Origin: Flavobacteriales bacterium
GTDB lineage: Bacteria; Bacteroidota; Bacteroidia; Flavobacteriales_F; PHOS-HE28
Assembly (NCBI GenBank): GCA_016715995.1
Contig: JADJXF010000013.1
Span: 69,636 to 133,635, forward strand
Reading direction: 5' to 3'
DNA length: 64,000 nucleotides
Shown here: positions 46,116 through 54,859 of the stretch, piece by piece
How the letters are laid out: the number at the start of each line of letters is the position of its first letter
Position numbering within the stretch: position 1 is the first letter of the stretch
The notes under the pieces: model-generated
What the model was told of the DNA's origin: nothing
Seen by the model: only the letters and a program-made list of their open reading frames with translations
Databases searched by the model: none
Made by a program: the position numbers and the translations under genes

Positions 46116-46516
46116 GCACGTTCGGCCTGGTGACCGCGAAGTGAATTCCACAAATGAAACATGCGCGCGCGATCCCGAAGGAGGACGGCCACCGCGCATA
46201 TCGCTACGATGCAGGCCAGCGCGAACAGGAGGCCGCCATCGCCCATCACCTCGATGCCGAGCACGCCAACATGGCTGGCAATGGCGCCGAGCATGGTGCC
46301 CAGTGCGATGCCCGCGCCGATCCAGGCCGTGGAACGGATGAACAGGAGCACGGCGGCTATCAGCTCCATGACGCCGCTGCCGATCCGACCTTCCGGCTCG
46401 GCACCCAGTGTCTCGAAGATCCACACGGATTCAGCAGCGCCGGTGAACTTGAAGTAAAGCGTCTGCAGCAGGATGATGGCCGCGACGAAGTCGGGAAGTC
46501 GGCGAAGCAGGAGCAT
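46112..46516 (-). CDS. DoxX-family membrane protein
   Basis: 134 aa with four hydrophobic helices. The N-terminus RLPDFVAAIILLQTLYFKFTGAAESVWIFETLG is characteristic of DoxX. Confidence 0.7.
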   Translation of the reverse strand: MLLLRRLPDFVAAIILLQTLYFKFTGAAESVWIFETLGAEPEGRIGSGVMELIAAVLLFIRSTAWIGAGIALGTMLGAIASHVGVLGIEVMGDGGLLFALACIVAICAVAVLLRDRARMFHLWNSLRGHQAERA

Positions 46517-46524
46517 GGCAGAGA

Positions 46525-46989
46525 TCAGGGTTTATGCTTGAACGCGGCCCAGTTGCGATCGGCGGAAGCGCGCAAGCGCTGCTCCTCCTTGTTCCAACTG
46601 GTGAGCGTATTGTTGAAGAAGGCATTGTAGAAGAGGTAGAGCTTGCCGTCCTTCACTTTGAAGGTCTCTGGGTCCACTTCCACCTTTTTGCCGTAGTCGC
46701 CCATGGCGAAGGCGCACCAGCCGCCGTATTGGGGCATATAGCGCCCTGGCTCCTTCTGGAAGAGGTCGCGGTGCGCAGTGCTGCTGAAGCGGAAGGTGGC
46801 GCCTTGGTGCGTCAAAGCGATCTGCGGGCTGCCCTTCACGGCTTTGTTCTGGGTGAAGTAGGCCACGGGGTCATGTCCCTCGACCCAGAGGCCTTTCGCA
46901 TCCACATTGAAGAGCGGCAACAAGCCCTGGGCATGCAGGGCAGCAGGGCTGGCCGCGAGCGCGAAGGAGAGCATCATGAGGGCTCGCAT
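46525..46989 (-). CDS. Secreted YHS-domain-like protein
   Basis: The start is set at MRALMMLSFALAASPAALHAQ (a signal peptide) within track ORF 46525..47112. The duplicated pattern DPVAYF...G...F and MPQYGGWCAFAM resembles the YHS/TRASH family. Confidence 0.45.
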   Translation of the reverse strand: MRALMMLSFALAASPAALHAQGLLPLFNVDAKGLWVEGHDPVAYFTQNKAVKGSPQIALTHQGATFRFSSTAHRDLFQKEPGRYMPQYGGWCAFAMGDYGKKVEVDPETFKVKDGKLYLFYNAFFNNTLTSWNKEEQRLRASADRNWAAFKHKP

Positions 46990-47053
46990 CGGATTGGTTT
47001 TTCGGCTGATGGTCACAGTGGCCGGCGAATCCTGACAATCCTGTACTAGGCGT

Positions 47054-47560
47054 TCAGCCGCGCGGCAGGATGCGCGCGGGGTTGCCCACCGCCACGCTGT
47101 TCGCGGGCACATCCTTCAGCACCACGGCTCCCGCTCCGATGGCCACATCGTCGCCGATGGTGATGGGGCCGATGATGATCGCGTTCGCGCCGATGTCCAC
47201 GCGATCGCCGAAGCGCGGCGATTTGCTGTACGTGCCGTCCTTCAGCCGCTTGTTGCCGATGGTGCAGCTGTTGCGCACCACGCAGCCCGCGCCGAACACA
47301 GTGCCGTCGTTCACCACCAGCGCCTGGCCGTGCTCGATGCGGAAGCCCGGACCGATGCGCGTCTTCCACGGCAGCTCGATGCCGAGCACCCACTCCACCG
47401 TGATGCGGTACGCGATGAAGTACCAGAAGAAGAGCACGAAGGTGATGGGGCTCTGCCGAAGCAGGTGGGCAAGGCGGAAATGGAGCATCACCAAGCGGCT
47501 CTTGGGATTGCCCTTGTTCGCAGCCCAATCCTGAAGGATGTTCCAAACGCTTGCGCTCAT
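47054..47560 (-). CDS. Hexapeptide-repeat sugar O-acetyltransferase (WcaB/CysE-like)
   Basis: The start is set at MSASVWNIL, giving 168 aa. Left-handed beta-helix repeats are present (IGANAIIIGPITIGDDVAIGAGAVV). It overlaps the upstream GT2 gene by 4 nt. Confidence 0.7.
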   Translation of the reverse strand: MSASVWNILQDWAANKGNPKSRLVMLHFRLAHLLRQSPITFVLFFWYFIAYRITVEWVLGIELPWKTRIGPGFRIEHGQALVVNDGTVFGAGCVVRNSCTIGNKRLKDGTYSKSPRFGDRVDIGANAIIIGPITIGDDVAIGAGAVVLKDVPANSVAVGNPARILPRG

Positions 47561-48411
47561 GGCCGGTGGCCGCTCAGCAGCGGCGAGATGTGCTGGTTGA
47601 AGAGCAGTTTCAGGTATTGCGGAAGATAGAGCGCCAGACGAGTGGCTTGGCTTACGAGCATCCCGAACGGCCCCAGCCCGATTGCCCGACCTACAAGGCG
47701 TCCTTCGCGCAGCATCTTGCCCAATGGTACGCGCATGCTCGCGCCGCCAGCGGTGAAATGCGCGAGCGGCTGCGGCACATACATGAACTGCCTCGGCGAT
47801 TCCATCCAAGCGTCCACCGTCCACTTGTGGTCCCCGCTCACGCGGATCATGATGTCGAAGGGATGACCGGCGTAGTAGCTGCGGCGCACGAAGAAGGAAG
47901 GATGATTCAGCACCATTTCCCAGTACTTCAGCAGGAAGCCGTTGAGGCGGGCCTTCTTCACCTTGCTGTGGCCGTTGGGATATTCCAGCCAGATGTCGCC
48001 ATGCACGATGTTGATGCCCTCCTGGCCAGCCGCCGCGGCCATCGCCTGCGAAACGCTGTGCGGCTCGTACCAGTCATCGGCATTGATGAGCCCGACCCAT
48101 TCACCGGTGCACAGCGCCACGCCCTTGTTCATGGCGTCGTAGATGCCCTTGTCCCGCTCGCTCACCCAATAGTCGAGGCGGTCCTCATACCGCCGGATGA
48201 TGTCCAGCGTGCCATCCGTGCTCCCGCCATCGACCACGATGTACTCGATGCTCGGGTAGTCCTGCGCCAAAACGCTCTGTATCGTGCGCTCCAAAGTGGC
48301 CGCGCCGTTGTAAACCACCGTCACGATGCTGACGAGCGGATGGCCCTGTGCCGTGGACTTCGCTCCACGCATCCGCTTGCCGCCTTCCTGCCGTGCCGCC
48401 ATCCGTGGCAA
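47557..48411 (-). CDS. Family-2 glycosyltransferase
   Basis: 284 aa. The GT-A motifs are VSIVTVVYNGAATLERTIQSVLAQDY...YIVVDGGSTDGT and the DxD-like INADDW. Confidence 0.8.
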   Translation of the reverse strand: MPRMAARQEGGKRMRGAKSTAQGHPLVSIVTVVYNGAATLERTIQSVLAQDYPSIEYIVVDGGSTDGTLDIIRRYEDRLDYWVSERDKGIYDAMNKGVALCTGEWVGLINADDWYEPHSVSQAMAAAAGQEGINIVHGDIWLEYPNGHSKVKKARLNGFLLKYWEMVLNHPSFFVRRSYYAGHPFDIMIRVSGDHKWTVDAWMESPRQFMYVPQPLAHFTAGGASMRVPLGKMLREGRLVGRAIGLGPFGMLVSQATRLALYLPQYLKLLFNQHISPLLSGHRP

Positions 48412-48542
48412 AAGTCCTTGTTGCTCGGCCCACGGCCGAGGCGGGTCGGCGCCAACCCATGAACGTTTCTTTCAACACCCAGCCCGCCCAGTAACTTTCC
48501 CATCGCCCGCGCGTCCTATGTGCGGACACCGGTCCCTCGCCG

Positions 48543-49028
48543 ATGACCCCTGCTGAGTACAACACCGCTGTGGACGCCCATGCCGATGGCATCTATCGCT
48601 TCGCATTGAAGCACTTGCGCGACGTGGACCTCGCGAAGGACGTGGTGCAGGAGAGCTTCGCCCGCCTATGGTCGCGGGTGGATCAGGTGGAAGCGGCCAA
48701 GGCCAAGAGCTACCTGTTCACCACGGCGCACCACGCCATGGTGGACGAGGTGCGCAAAGGCTCCAGGAGCAAGCGGATGGAGGAGCATCATGAGGACTTG
48801 CGCCATACCAGCCAGGACCAACCGGACCTGAAGGAAGTGCTCGACGCCGCGCTGGCCAGGCTCCCTGCGATCCAGCGAAGCGTCGTTCTGCTGCGCGATC
48901 TGGAAGGCTATGCGTATGAGGAGATCGCCGCACTCACCGGGCTCAGCCTCGCGCAGGTGAAGGTGTACATCTACCGGGGCCGCACCACGCTGAAGGAATA
49001 CATCGGACAACTGGACATCGTGCTTTGA
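48543..49028 (+). CDS. ECF-type RNA polymerase sigma-70 factor
   Basis: 161 aa. Region 2 reads AKDVVQESFARLW...TTAHHAMVDEVR. Region 4 reads QRSVVLLRDLEGYAYEEIAALTGLSLAQVKVYIYRGR. Confidence 0.85.
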   Translation: MTPAEYNTAVDAHADGIYRFALKHLRDVDLAKDVVQESFARLWSRVDQVEAAKAKSYLFTTAHHAMVDEVRKGSRSKRMEEHHEDLRHTSQDQPDLKEVLDAALARLPAIQRSVVLLRDLEGYAYEEIAALTGLSLAQVKVYIYRGRTTLKEYIGQLDIVL

Positions 49029-50347
49029 AGCAACGCATCGATCATAGCAACTACGAAGCCTGGCTGCTGGACCGCTTGGAGGGCAACCTCACGGCGGAGC
49101 AGGAACGGATGCTTGAAGCCTTCCTGCTCGCGCACCCTGAACTCCGTCCGGATGATGAGGAGATGCCGGCTGTGCATGTATCCGATGTCCGGCTTTCCAT
49201 GTTGGACAAAGAGGCCCTCAAACGCGCATTGCCGCCTTATGGCTTCGTGGATGAACGAAGCGTGGAAGATCACCTCGTCGCCAGATTGGAGGGCGATCTC
49301 GATGGCGCGCAGCTTGAGGCCTTGCGCCGGTATCTCGCTGAGCATCCGGAGCACCAGCGCGCCGAATGGATCTACGCGCATGCACGAGTCTCGCCCGGAA
49401 CAGGCGCCCTCGAGGACAAGTCTGAATTGCACCGGGCATTGCCACCCGACGGGCTCGTCACGAAGCGCACGCTCTTGGATCATTTGGTGGCGAAGCTGGA
49501 GGGCGACCTGAAGGAAGAGCAGATCGTTGCCCTAGACGCCTTTCTGGCAGCACATGAATCAGCGGCGCGCGAATGGAAGCTCATGCAACGGACGCGTGTG
49601 GCTTCGGAATCGATCGTGTTCGCTGAAAAGCAAGGGCTGAAGCGGGAGACCCGCGTGATTCCGCTTTTCCCCTACCGGGTGGCGATGCGGTGGGCGGCTG
49701 CAGCAGCGGTCGTGGCGCTTCTTCTCACCATGTGGTGGATGGTTGAGCCGTCCGCACCCGAGATCGCGAATCGCACCAAGGATCCCATCAACGACCAGCA
49801 GACGAAAGTCGTTCAGGAGAAAGAGCGCGACGAGCCGAACGCAGAGGACGTGTTGCCATCCGTACAGCCTGAGGACGACAACCTGCAGCCCTTGGCGAGA
49901 GAGAAAGAATCCCCAGCTCCGGCCCGTGTGGAGCCATTGCCGCCTCAATCGCCGGTCGAGGACCGCTTAGTCGCGGAGGACCACGGGACGGGAAGCGGCA
50001 AGGAAGACCTTCCGCTGATTCCGGTAGCGTCCGATGATCACGAGCCTTTGGCGCAGACGCCCTCATCAGCCGCATCGAACGAGCCTCAAGCGATTGGCGC
50101 ACCTGCCGCCGAAACGCGCACACTGGGTGAAGCATTGACCGGCGTCGTGCGCGAGAAGGTGCTTGAGCGGCCGTCGGAAACGGATCGCCCCCTCGATGGC
50201 GACGACGCGGTGGCTGCTGTGGATCGCGGGCTGCGCGCCTTGGGGGGCGATAAGGCAGGCCTGGCCGTGCAGCGCGATGGGCAGGGCCGCAGCCAGGGCT
50301 TCGCCCTGCGCCTAGGGCGCAACCTGGCGTTCACAGCCAGTCGCTGA
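49025..50347 (+). CDS. Putative anti-sigma factor with three tandem helical repeats, one transmembrane segment and a Pro/Glu-rich extracytoplasmic tail
   Basis: 440 aa, overlapping the sigma gene stop (ATGA). The repeats are LLDRLEGNLTAEQERMLEAFLLAHPE, LVARLEGDLDGAQLEALRRYLAEHPE and LVAKLEGDLKEEQIVALDAFLAAHES. The transmembrane segment is WAAAAAVVALLLTMWWMV. Confidence 0.6.
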   Translation: MKQRIDHSNYEAWLLDRLEGNLTAEQERMLEAFLLAHPELRPDDEEMPAVHVSDVRLSMLDKEALKRALPPYGFVDERSVEDHLVARLEGDLDGAQLEALRRYLAEHPEHQRAEWIYAHARVSPGTGALEDKSELHRALPPDGLVTKRTLLDHLVAKLEGDLKEEQIVALDAFLAAHESAAREWKLMQRTRVASESIVFAEKQGLKRETRVIPLFPYRVAMRWAAAAAVVALLLTMWWMVEPSAPEIANRTKDPINDQQTKVVQEKERDEPNAEDVLPSVQPEDDNLQPLAREKESPAPARVEPLPPQSPVEDRLVAEDHGTGSGKEDLPLIPVASDDHEPLAQTPSSAASNEPQAIGAPAAETRTLGEALTGVVREKVLERPSETDRPLDGDDAVAAVDRGLRALGGDKAGLAVQRDGQGRSQGFALRLGRNLAFTASR

Positions 50348-50458
50348 TTCCTCCGTTCATCACCACGCCGATGCCGCTCGTCACGAAGCGGCCGTTCTCC
50401 GGTAACTGGCGGTGCCCATGCCTCGTCACATGGCCAAACACCACAAACAACCAACATC

Positions 50459-50833
50459 ATGAAAACCCGTGTTTCCCGCCTTCTTCTGGTGATCGCCACG
50501 GTGTTCACCTTCGGTTACGCCCGCGCCGCCGATCCCGTGCGGCTCAGTGAGTCCAGCGAGCGCACCAGTTTGGAGCGCACCTTGGATCGCGCGCTCAGCC
50601 GCCACCTCGTGTTCCCCGTCATGGAGAAGGGCGACATGACCGGCAAGGTGTACGTCAGCTTCAACATCGACCGCGAGGGCAAGGTGCAGGTGCTCGCCTG
50701 CAACAGCGCCAACGAAGAGCTGCGCGCCTACGTGCTGCGTAAGCTGGCCCGGATCGACGTGGGTGCGAACCCTGACGGCATCTGGAAGACCACGCACATG
50801 GTGATCGACTTCCGGCCCGAACGCCGCAGCTGA
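50459..50833 (+). CDS. Small secreted protein, possibly a TonB-C-terminal-like fold
   Basis: 124 aa with a signal peptide ending in ARA. The segment GKVYVSFNIDREGKVQVLAC...ELRAYVLRKLARI loosely resembles a TonB C-terminal domain. Confidence 0.35.
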   Translation: MKTRVSRLLLVIATVFTFGYARAADPVRLSESSERTSLERTLDRALSRHLVFPVMEKGDMTGKVYVSFNIDREGKVQVLACNSANEELRAYVLRKLARIDVGANPDGIWKTTHMVIDFRPERRS

Positions 50834-50945
50834 TCACCACCACCGATCATAGCGGAAGCGCCCCGAGACCCGGGGCGTTCTGCTTTTGCGCCGGGCTGTA
50901 ACTCGTGGCCGCTCAGACCGTCCTATCCTCAAGAACCAAGCTCCC

Positions 50946-51947
50946 ATGAGAACCGCGCTCCTCCTGTTCACCCTTTCACTCCACTCGCTGCCGGGACTGG
51001 CGCAGTCCGATAGCGCCGCCGTGAATGAGAACCGCACCACACTCTCCCTCGGCGTGAACTCGCGCGAAGGGGCTTATGCCAAGGTGGAGGACTCGGATAC
51101 AACCAAGAAATCCGAGGGGAACTTCACCATCGAGACCAAGCGCAAGCGGATCACCGTGCACACCGAGCCGCGCATTTGGGCGAGCGAGACCGACAGCATC
51201 GCGGAGGTGATCAAGGAGCGCAGGACGGAACGCCGGAACATGTTCACCTATTGGAGCGGCATCGACGTGGGCGTGAACACGCTGATCGATGAAGGCGGCA
51301 GCCCGGACCTGAGCGGCAACGCCGAGTTCATGGAAATCGACAATGCGCGTTCACGCTTCCTGAGCATCAACCTCATGGAGCAGAAGATTGAATTCGGCAC
51401 CCATCACGTGGGCCTGCTCACCGGCCTGGGGTGGGAGTTCGTGAACTACAGGCTGAAGAACAACGTGACCCTCGCTTACGACGCAGACTCCGTTTATGGG
51501 GTTGAGATGGAGACGCCAGACCTACGCAAGAACAAGCTGCGTCAGATGGGTATCCGCGTGCCGCTGATGCTCGAGTTCAACACCAAGCGCGCGGCCATGC
51601 CGACCGATGCCGATGTCCGCGCGATGCGCGCCGATACGACCAGAGCGGTGGCCAAGCGGTTCAGGCATTCGCGCAAGAACAACTTCCACCTCGCCATGGG
51701 CGTCGTGGGCAGCTGGTACTTCGATTCCATGTACAAGCAGAAGTGGACCGAGGACGGCGAGCAGCGGAAGGCGCGCGACAAGGGCGATTACCTGCTGCTG
51801 CCTTATCGCGCAGCCGCCTCCGTGCGCCTCGGGTTCGGTGCATGGAACCTCTTCGCTGAATACTCCCTCACCCCGCTCTTCAAAGAGGGCAAGGGGCCGG
51901 AACTCACGCCGGTGACCGTGGGCCTGACCATCATCGGGTTCAACTAG
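50946..51947 (+). CDS. Outer-membrane beta-barrel protein (hypothetical)
   Basis: The start is set at MRTALLLFTLSLHSLPGLAQ within track ORF 50886..51947. There are amphipathic beta strands, and the C-terminal strand ends LTIIGFN. Confidence 0.5.
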   Translation: MRTALLLFTLSLHSLPGLAQSDSAAVNENRTTLSLGVNSREGAYAKVEDSDTTKKSEGNFTIETKRKRITVHTEPRIWASETDSIAEVIKERRTERRNMFTYWSGIDVGVNTLIDEGGSPDLSGNAEFMEIDNARSRFLSINLMEQKIEFGTHHVGLLTGLGWEFVNYRLKNNVTLAYDADSVYGVEMETPDLRKNKLRQMGIRVPLMLEFNTKRAAMPTDADVRAMRADTTRAVAKRFRHSRKNNFHLAMGVVGSWYFDSMYKQKWTEDGEQRKARDKGDYLLLPYRAAASVRLGFGAWNLFAEYSLTPLFKEGKGPELTPVTVGLTIIGFN

Positions 51948-52046
51948 CGAGGACTCCTCCGGAAAGGAGTGGGCCGGCGCGACGAGGGGTTGGACCCAGG
52001 ACCGCGGGGACACGCGCACAGCGCAATGCCTCGCGGTCCGGCGTTG

Positions 52047-52076
52047 GGCTTGTCCAACTCGAGGCAGCTACTTTAG
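52047..52076 (+). promoter_or_regulatory. Candidate Bacteroidota sigma-A promoter upstream of yebC
   Basis: TTG...(17 nt)...TACTTTAG has one mismatch to the Bacteroidota -7 consensus TAnnTTTG. It lies about 25-30 nt upstream of the ATG at 52102. Confidence 0.2.
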
Positions 52077-52101
52077 CAACCCGATTCAAGCAGGGTACGC
52101 C

Positions 52102-52854
52102 ATGGGCCGCATCTTCGAGAAACGCAAGCACAAGATCTTCGCGCGCAACGCCAAGCTCAGCAAGCTCTTCACGCGCATCGGCAAGGAGATCGCCATGGCG
52201 GTGAAAGCGGGCGGGCCGAATCCGGATTCGAACTCGCGGCTCAAAGTGGCCATCCAGAACGCCCGGGGCATGAACATGCCCAAGGACAACATCGACCGCG
52301 CCATCAAGAAGGCGGCTGGCGGCGAGGATGCCGATTTCACGGAAATGACTTACGAGGGCTATGCCCCAGGTGGCGTGGCCGTGTTCGTTGAAGCGGCCAC
52401 CAACAACCCGACGCGCACCGTGGCCAACGTGCGCAGCTTCTTCAGCAAGTGCGGCGCCAACATGGGCACCAGCGGATCGCTCGTCCACATCTTCGAGCGC
52501 AAGGCCGAATTCGTTGTGGAGCAGGCCGCGCTCAAGGGCCGCCATGCCGATGAGTTCGAGATGGAGGTGATTGATGGTGGGGCCGATGACGTGGTGCGCG
52601 ACGAGGAGGGCTTCTCCATCTATGCGCCATTCCAGTCCTTCGGCGCCATGCAGCAGAAGCTCGAGCAGTTAGGTGTTGAGGTGAAGAGCGCCGAACTCAA
52701 GCGATTCCCGCTCGTGACGGTTCCGGCGGATATCGCCACCGCGCGCGCAGTCCTCAAACTGACCGACATGCTGAACGAGGACGAGGATGTGAACGCCGTC
52801 TTCCATAACATGGACCTCTCCGAAGAGGTGGAGGCGGAGCTTGAGAAAGGCTGA
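52102..52854 (+). CDS. yebC: YebC/PmpR-family transcriptional regulator
   Basis: 250 aa starting MGRIFEKRKHKIFARNAKLSKLFTRIGKEIAMAVKAGGPNPDSN, which is the canonical YebC N-terminus. Confidence 0.9.
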   Translation: MGRIFEKRKHKIFARNAKLSKLFTRIGKEIAMAVKAGGPNPDSNSRLKVAIQNARGMNMPKDNIDRAIKKAAGGEDADFTEMTYEGYAPGGVAVFVEAATNNPTRTVANVRSFFSKCGANMGTSGSLVHIFERKAEFVVEQAALKGRHADEFEMEVIDGGADDVVRDEEGFSIYAPFQSFGAMQQKLEQLGVEVKSAELKRFPLVTVPADIATARAVLKLTDMLNEDEDVNAVFHNMDLSEEVEAELEKG

Positions 52855-52863
52855 TCGCCGGAT

Positions 52864-54786
52864 TCAATTCGCCTTGAACCGTATCTGGTAGCGCGTGCCG
52901 TCCGGGCCGCCTTCCATCGACATCAGTCCGTTCAGCTGCTCCACGAGGCTCTCGATGAGCGACATGCCCAGCGTGCCCCCATCGGGCTGCATGCGCTCCA
53001 CGGGGATCCCTGAACCATCATCGGCATAGAACAGGTCGAAGCTGTCGCCTTCGGCATGGTGCAGCGAAAGCGTGACGAGCCCTTCCTTGCGGTCGCCGAA
53101 GGCGTGCTTGAAGGAGTTGGTGATCAATTCGTTCAGCAGCAGGCCTAGCGGAACCATGGTGGTCAGGCTGAAGGCGAGGCCGGGATCGATGTCAGTCCGG
53201 TGCCGGACGCGGTCCTCCACGTCATTCACCTGTACGAGTTCAGCGAAGAGCTCATGGATGTATAGCGCCACATCCACGCGGGCCAGCTCGTCGCCCTTGT
53301 AAAGCTTCTCGTGGATGAGGGCCATGCTCGTGACGCGGCTCTGGCTCTGGTCGAACGCCTCCTGGAGGCGCTCATCGGTGAAGGATGCGGCCTGAAGACG
53401 GAGCAGGCTTGCCACCACCTGCAGGTTGTTCTTCACCCGGTGATGCATCTCCTTGATGAGCACGTTGATGCGCTGATTGGCATCCTCCAGCTTCTCCTTC
53501 TCGCTCTTCAGGGCCCGGGCCTGCTCGGTGTCGCGGAGCCGGGCGGCCTTCAGGTTCTCTCTCATCCGCGCCAGCGCCAGCCCTAGCTGGTCTTGCGCCC
53601 CGCGCACGTTCACCGGGGCGTCATAGTCTCCCTTGCCGATGGCATCCGCGCTGCCCGCCAACGAGCGCAGGTTGTCCACCATGCCGTTGAAGGCCCGCGC
53701 CATCTCGCCGATCTCATCATCGCTGTTCACGCGCACCTTCACGTTCACGTCGCCTACGGCCATCGAGCGCGATGCACGGACCACTTCGGTCACGGTGCTG
53801 CGCACACCACGCGTGATCAGGACCCCCATGACCGTGACCGCAAGAATCACGCAAAGCAGCGCCGCCAGCACGATGAAGAGCTTCACCTCCGCATCGCGCG
53901 TATTAGCCGCGGCGTTCTGCGTGATGAGCTCCAGCGAGCGCGCCTCCACAGTGTGGAGCTTCTCCAGTGCATTGAGCGAGAGCTCCCACCACTCCCGTGG
54001 GGCGATCTCCAGGTCGGGCGACTGCCGCTGCTTAACCGTGCCGATCAGCGAGCGCATGAAATTCACGTCGGCGCCTTGGAACACGGCCTGGTAGGTGCTG
54101 AGCACCTCGGGCGATGCGTCGCGCTCGAACAGGAGCATGTTCGTCTCGTAGGCGGAGACCTCCTCACCCAACTGGGTCACATCGGGCATACCGATGGGAC
54201 GCGTGGCATAGCCGATGGTGAGCATGTCGCGGAGCACGCTCAGCGCCTGTTTGGCGCGCAGGAGCCGCAGATGCGCGTAGAGCAGGTCTTTCGCATCGGG
54301 GTCCATGGCCAGCTTACCAGTGCGCCCCAGCTCATCGAGCAGCGATTGATCCATGGCCCGGTACACGCGGCTCACGGAGGAGGCGTCGATACGGCGATCA
54401 CGCACCCGTTGCCGAAGGATATGCAGGCCCTCGAAGGCCCGCGAGGCGGTCACCGTGCGGGATTGCGGAATATCCGGACGGGTGAGGGTCTCCAGCGCCT
54501 CATCCGTCCGGGTGTACTGCACGCTCAACTTCATGGGGAGCACGTTCATGCCGGAGAGATAGCCGACGGAAAGCGCGCTCTCGCGCTGGATCTCGTGCGC
54601 GGCATTCGCATGCAGGCCGATGAGCTGCGCCTGGCGATTGAAGTACTCCATCACATCCAGCCGCTTCAAGCTGCCGTCAATCTGCTTTCCGAGCAGCAGC
54701 ACCATGCCGGCCATGGGGATGCCCAGCGTCACCATGAACTTGGTGCGGACGGGAAGGTCGGCGAATCGCCACTTCATGGACCCCAA
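52864..54786 (-). CDS. Sensor histidine kinase of the HisKA_2 type with a HAMP domain and an N-terminal periplasmic sensor region
   Basis: 640 aa. The H-box is [20 protein letters not shown] (HisKA_2). The HAMP segment is [16 protein letters not shown]...[10 protein letters not shown]-terminal HATPase region follows. Confidence 0.8.
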   Translation of the reverse strand: MGSMKWRFADLPVRTKFMVTLGIPMAGMVLLLGKQIDGSLKRLDVMEYFNRQAQLIGLHANAAHEIQRESALSVGYLSGMNVLPMKLSVQYTRTDEALETLTRPDIPQSRTVTASRAFEGLHILRQRVRDRRIDASSVSRVYRAMDQSLLDELGRTGKLAMDPDAKDLLYAHLRLLRAKQALSVLRDMLTIGYATRPIGMPDVTQLGEEVSAYETNMLLFERDASPEVLSTYQAVFQGADVNFMRSLIGTVKQRQSPDLEIAPREWWELSLNALEKLHTVEARSLELITQNAAANTRDAEVKLFIVLAALLCVILAVTVMGVLITRGVRSTVTEVVRASRSMAVGDVNVKVRVNSDDEIGEMARAFNGMVDNLRSLAGSADAIGKGDYDAPVNVRGAQDQLGLALARMRENLKAARLRDTEQARALKSEKEKLEDANQRINVLIKEMHHRVKNNLQVVASLLRLQAASFTDERLQEAFDQSQSRVTSMALIHEKLYKGDELARVDVALYIHELFAELVQVNDVEDRVRHRTDIDPGLAFSLTTMVPLGLLLNELITNSFKHAFGDRKEGLVTLSLHHAEGDSFDLFYADDGSGIPVERMQPDGGTLGMSLIESLVEQLNGLMSMEGGPDGTRYQIRFKAN

Positions 54787-54859
54787 AGTACGGCGGTGCC
54801 TTGCACGCCGCCCGGCTACATTAGCGCCGCTGCGCCATGGCGCGGCCCATCACCAGCCC

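Noticed and set aside
46100-46141. Apparent 1-nt disagreement between my line-based position counting and ORF-track coordinates around the DinB-like and DoxX gene junction
   Set aside because: This is probably my own counting slip. I used coordinates derived from the ORF-track frames by codon counting for all CDS calls. Positions of non-coding features (repeats, terminators, promoter) may carry an error of about 1-2 nt.
47551-48462. 303-aa plus-strand ORF across the GT2/acetyltransferase pair
   Set aside because: It is antisense to two genes with clear GT-A and hexapeptide-repeat signatures.
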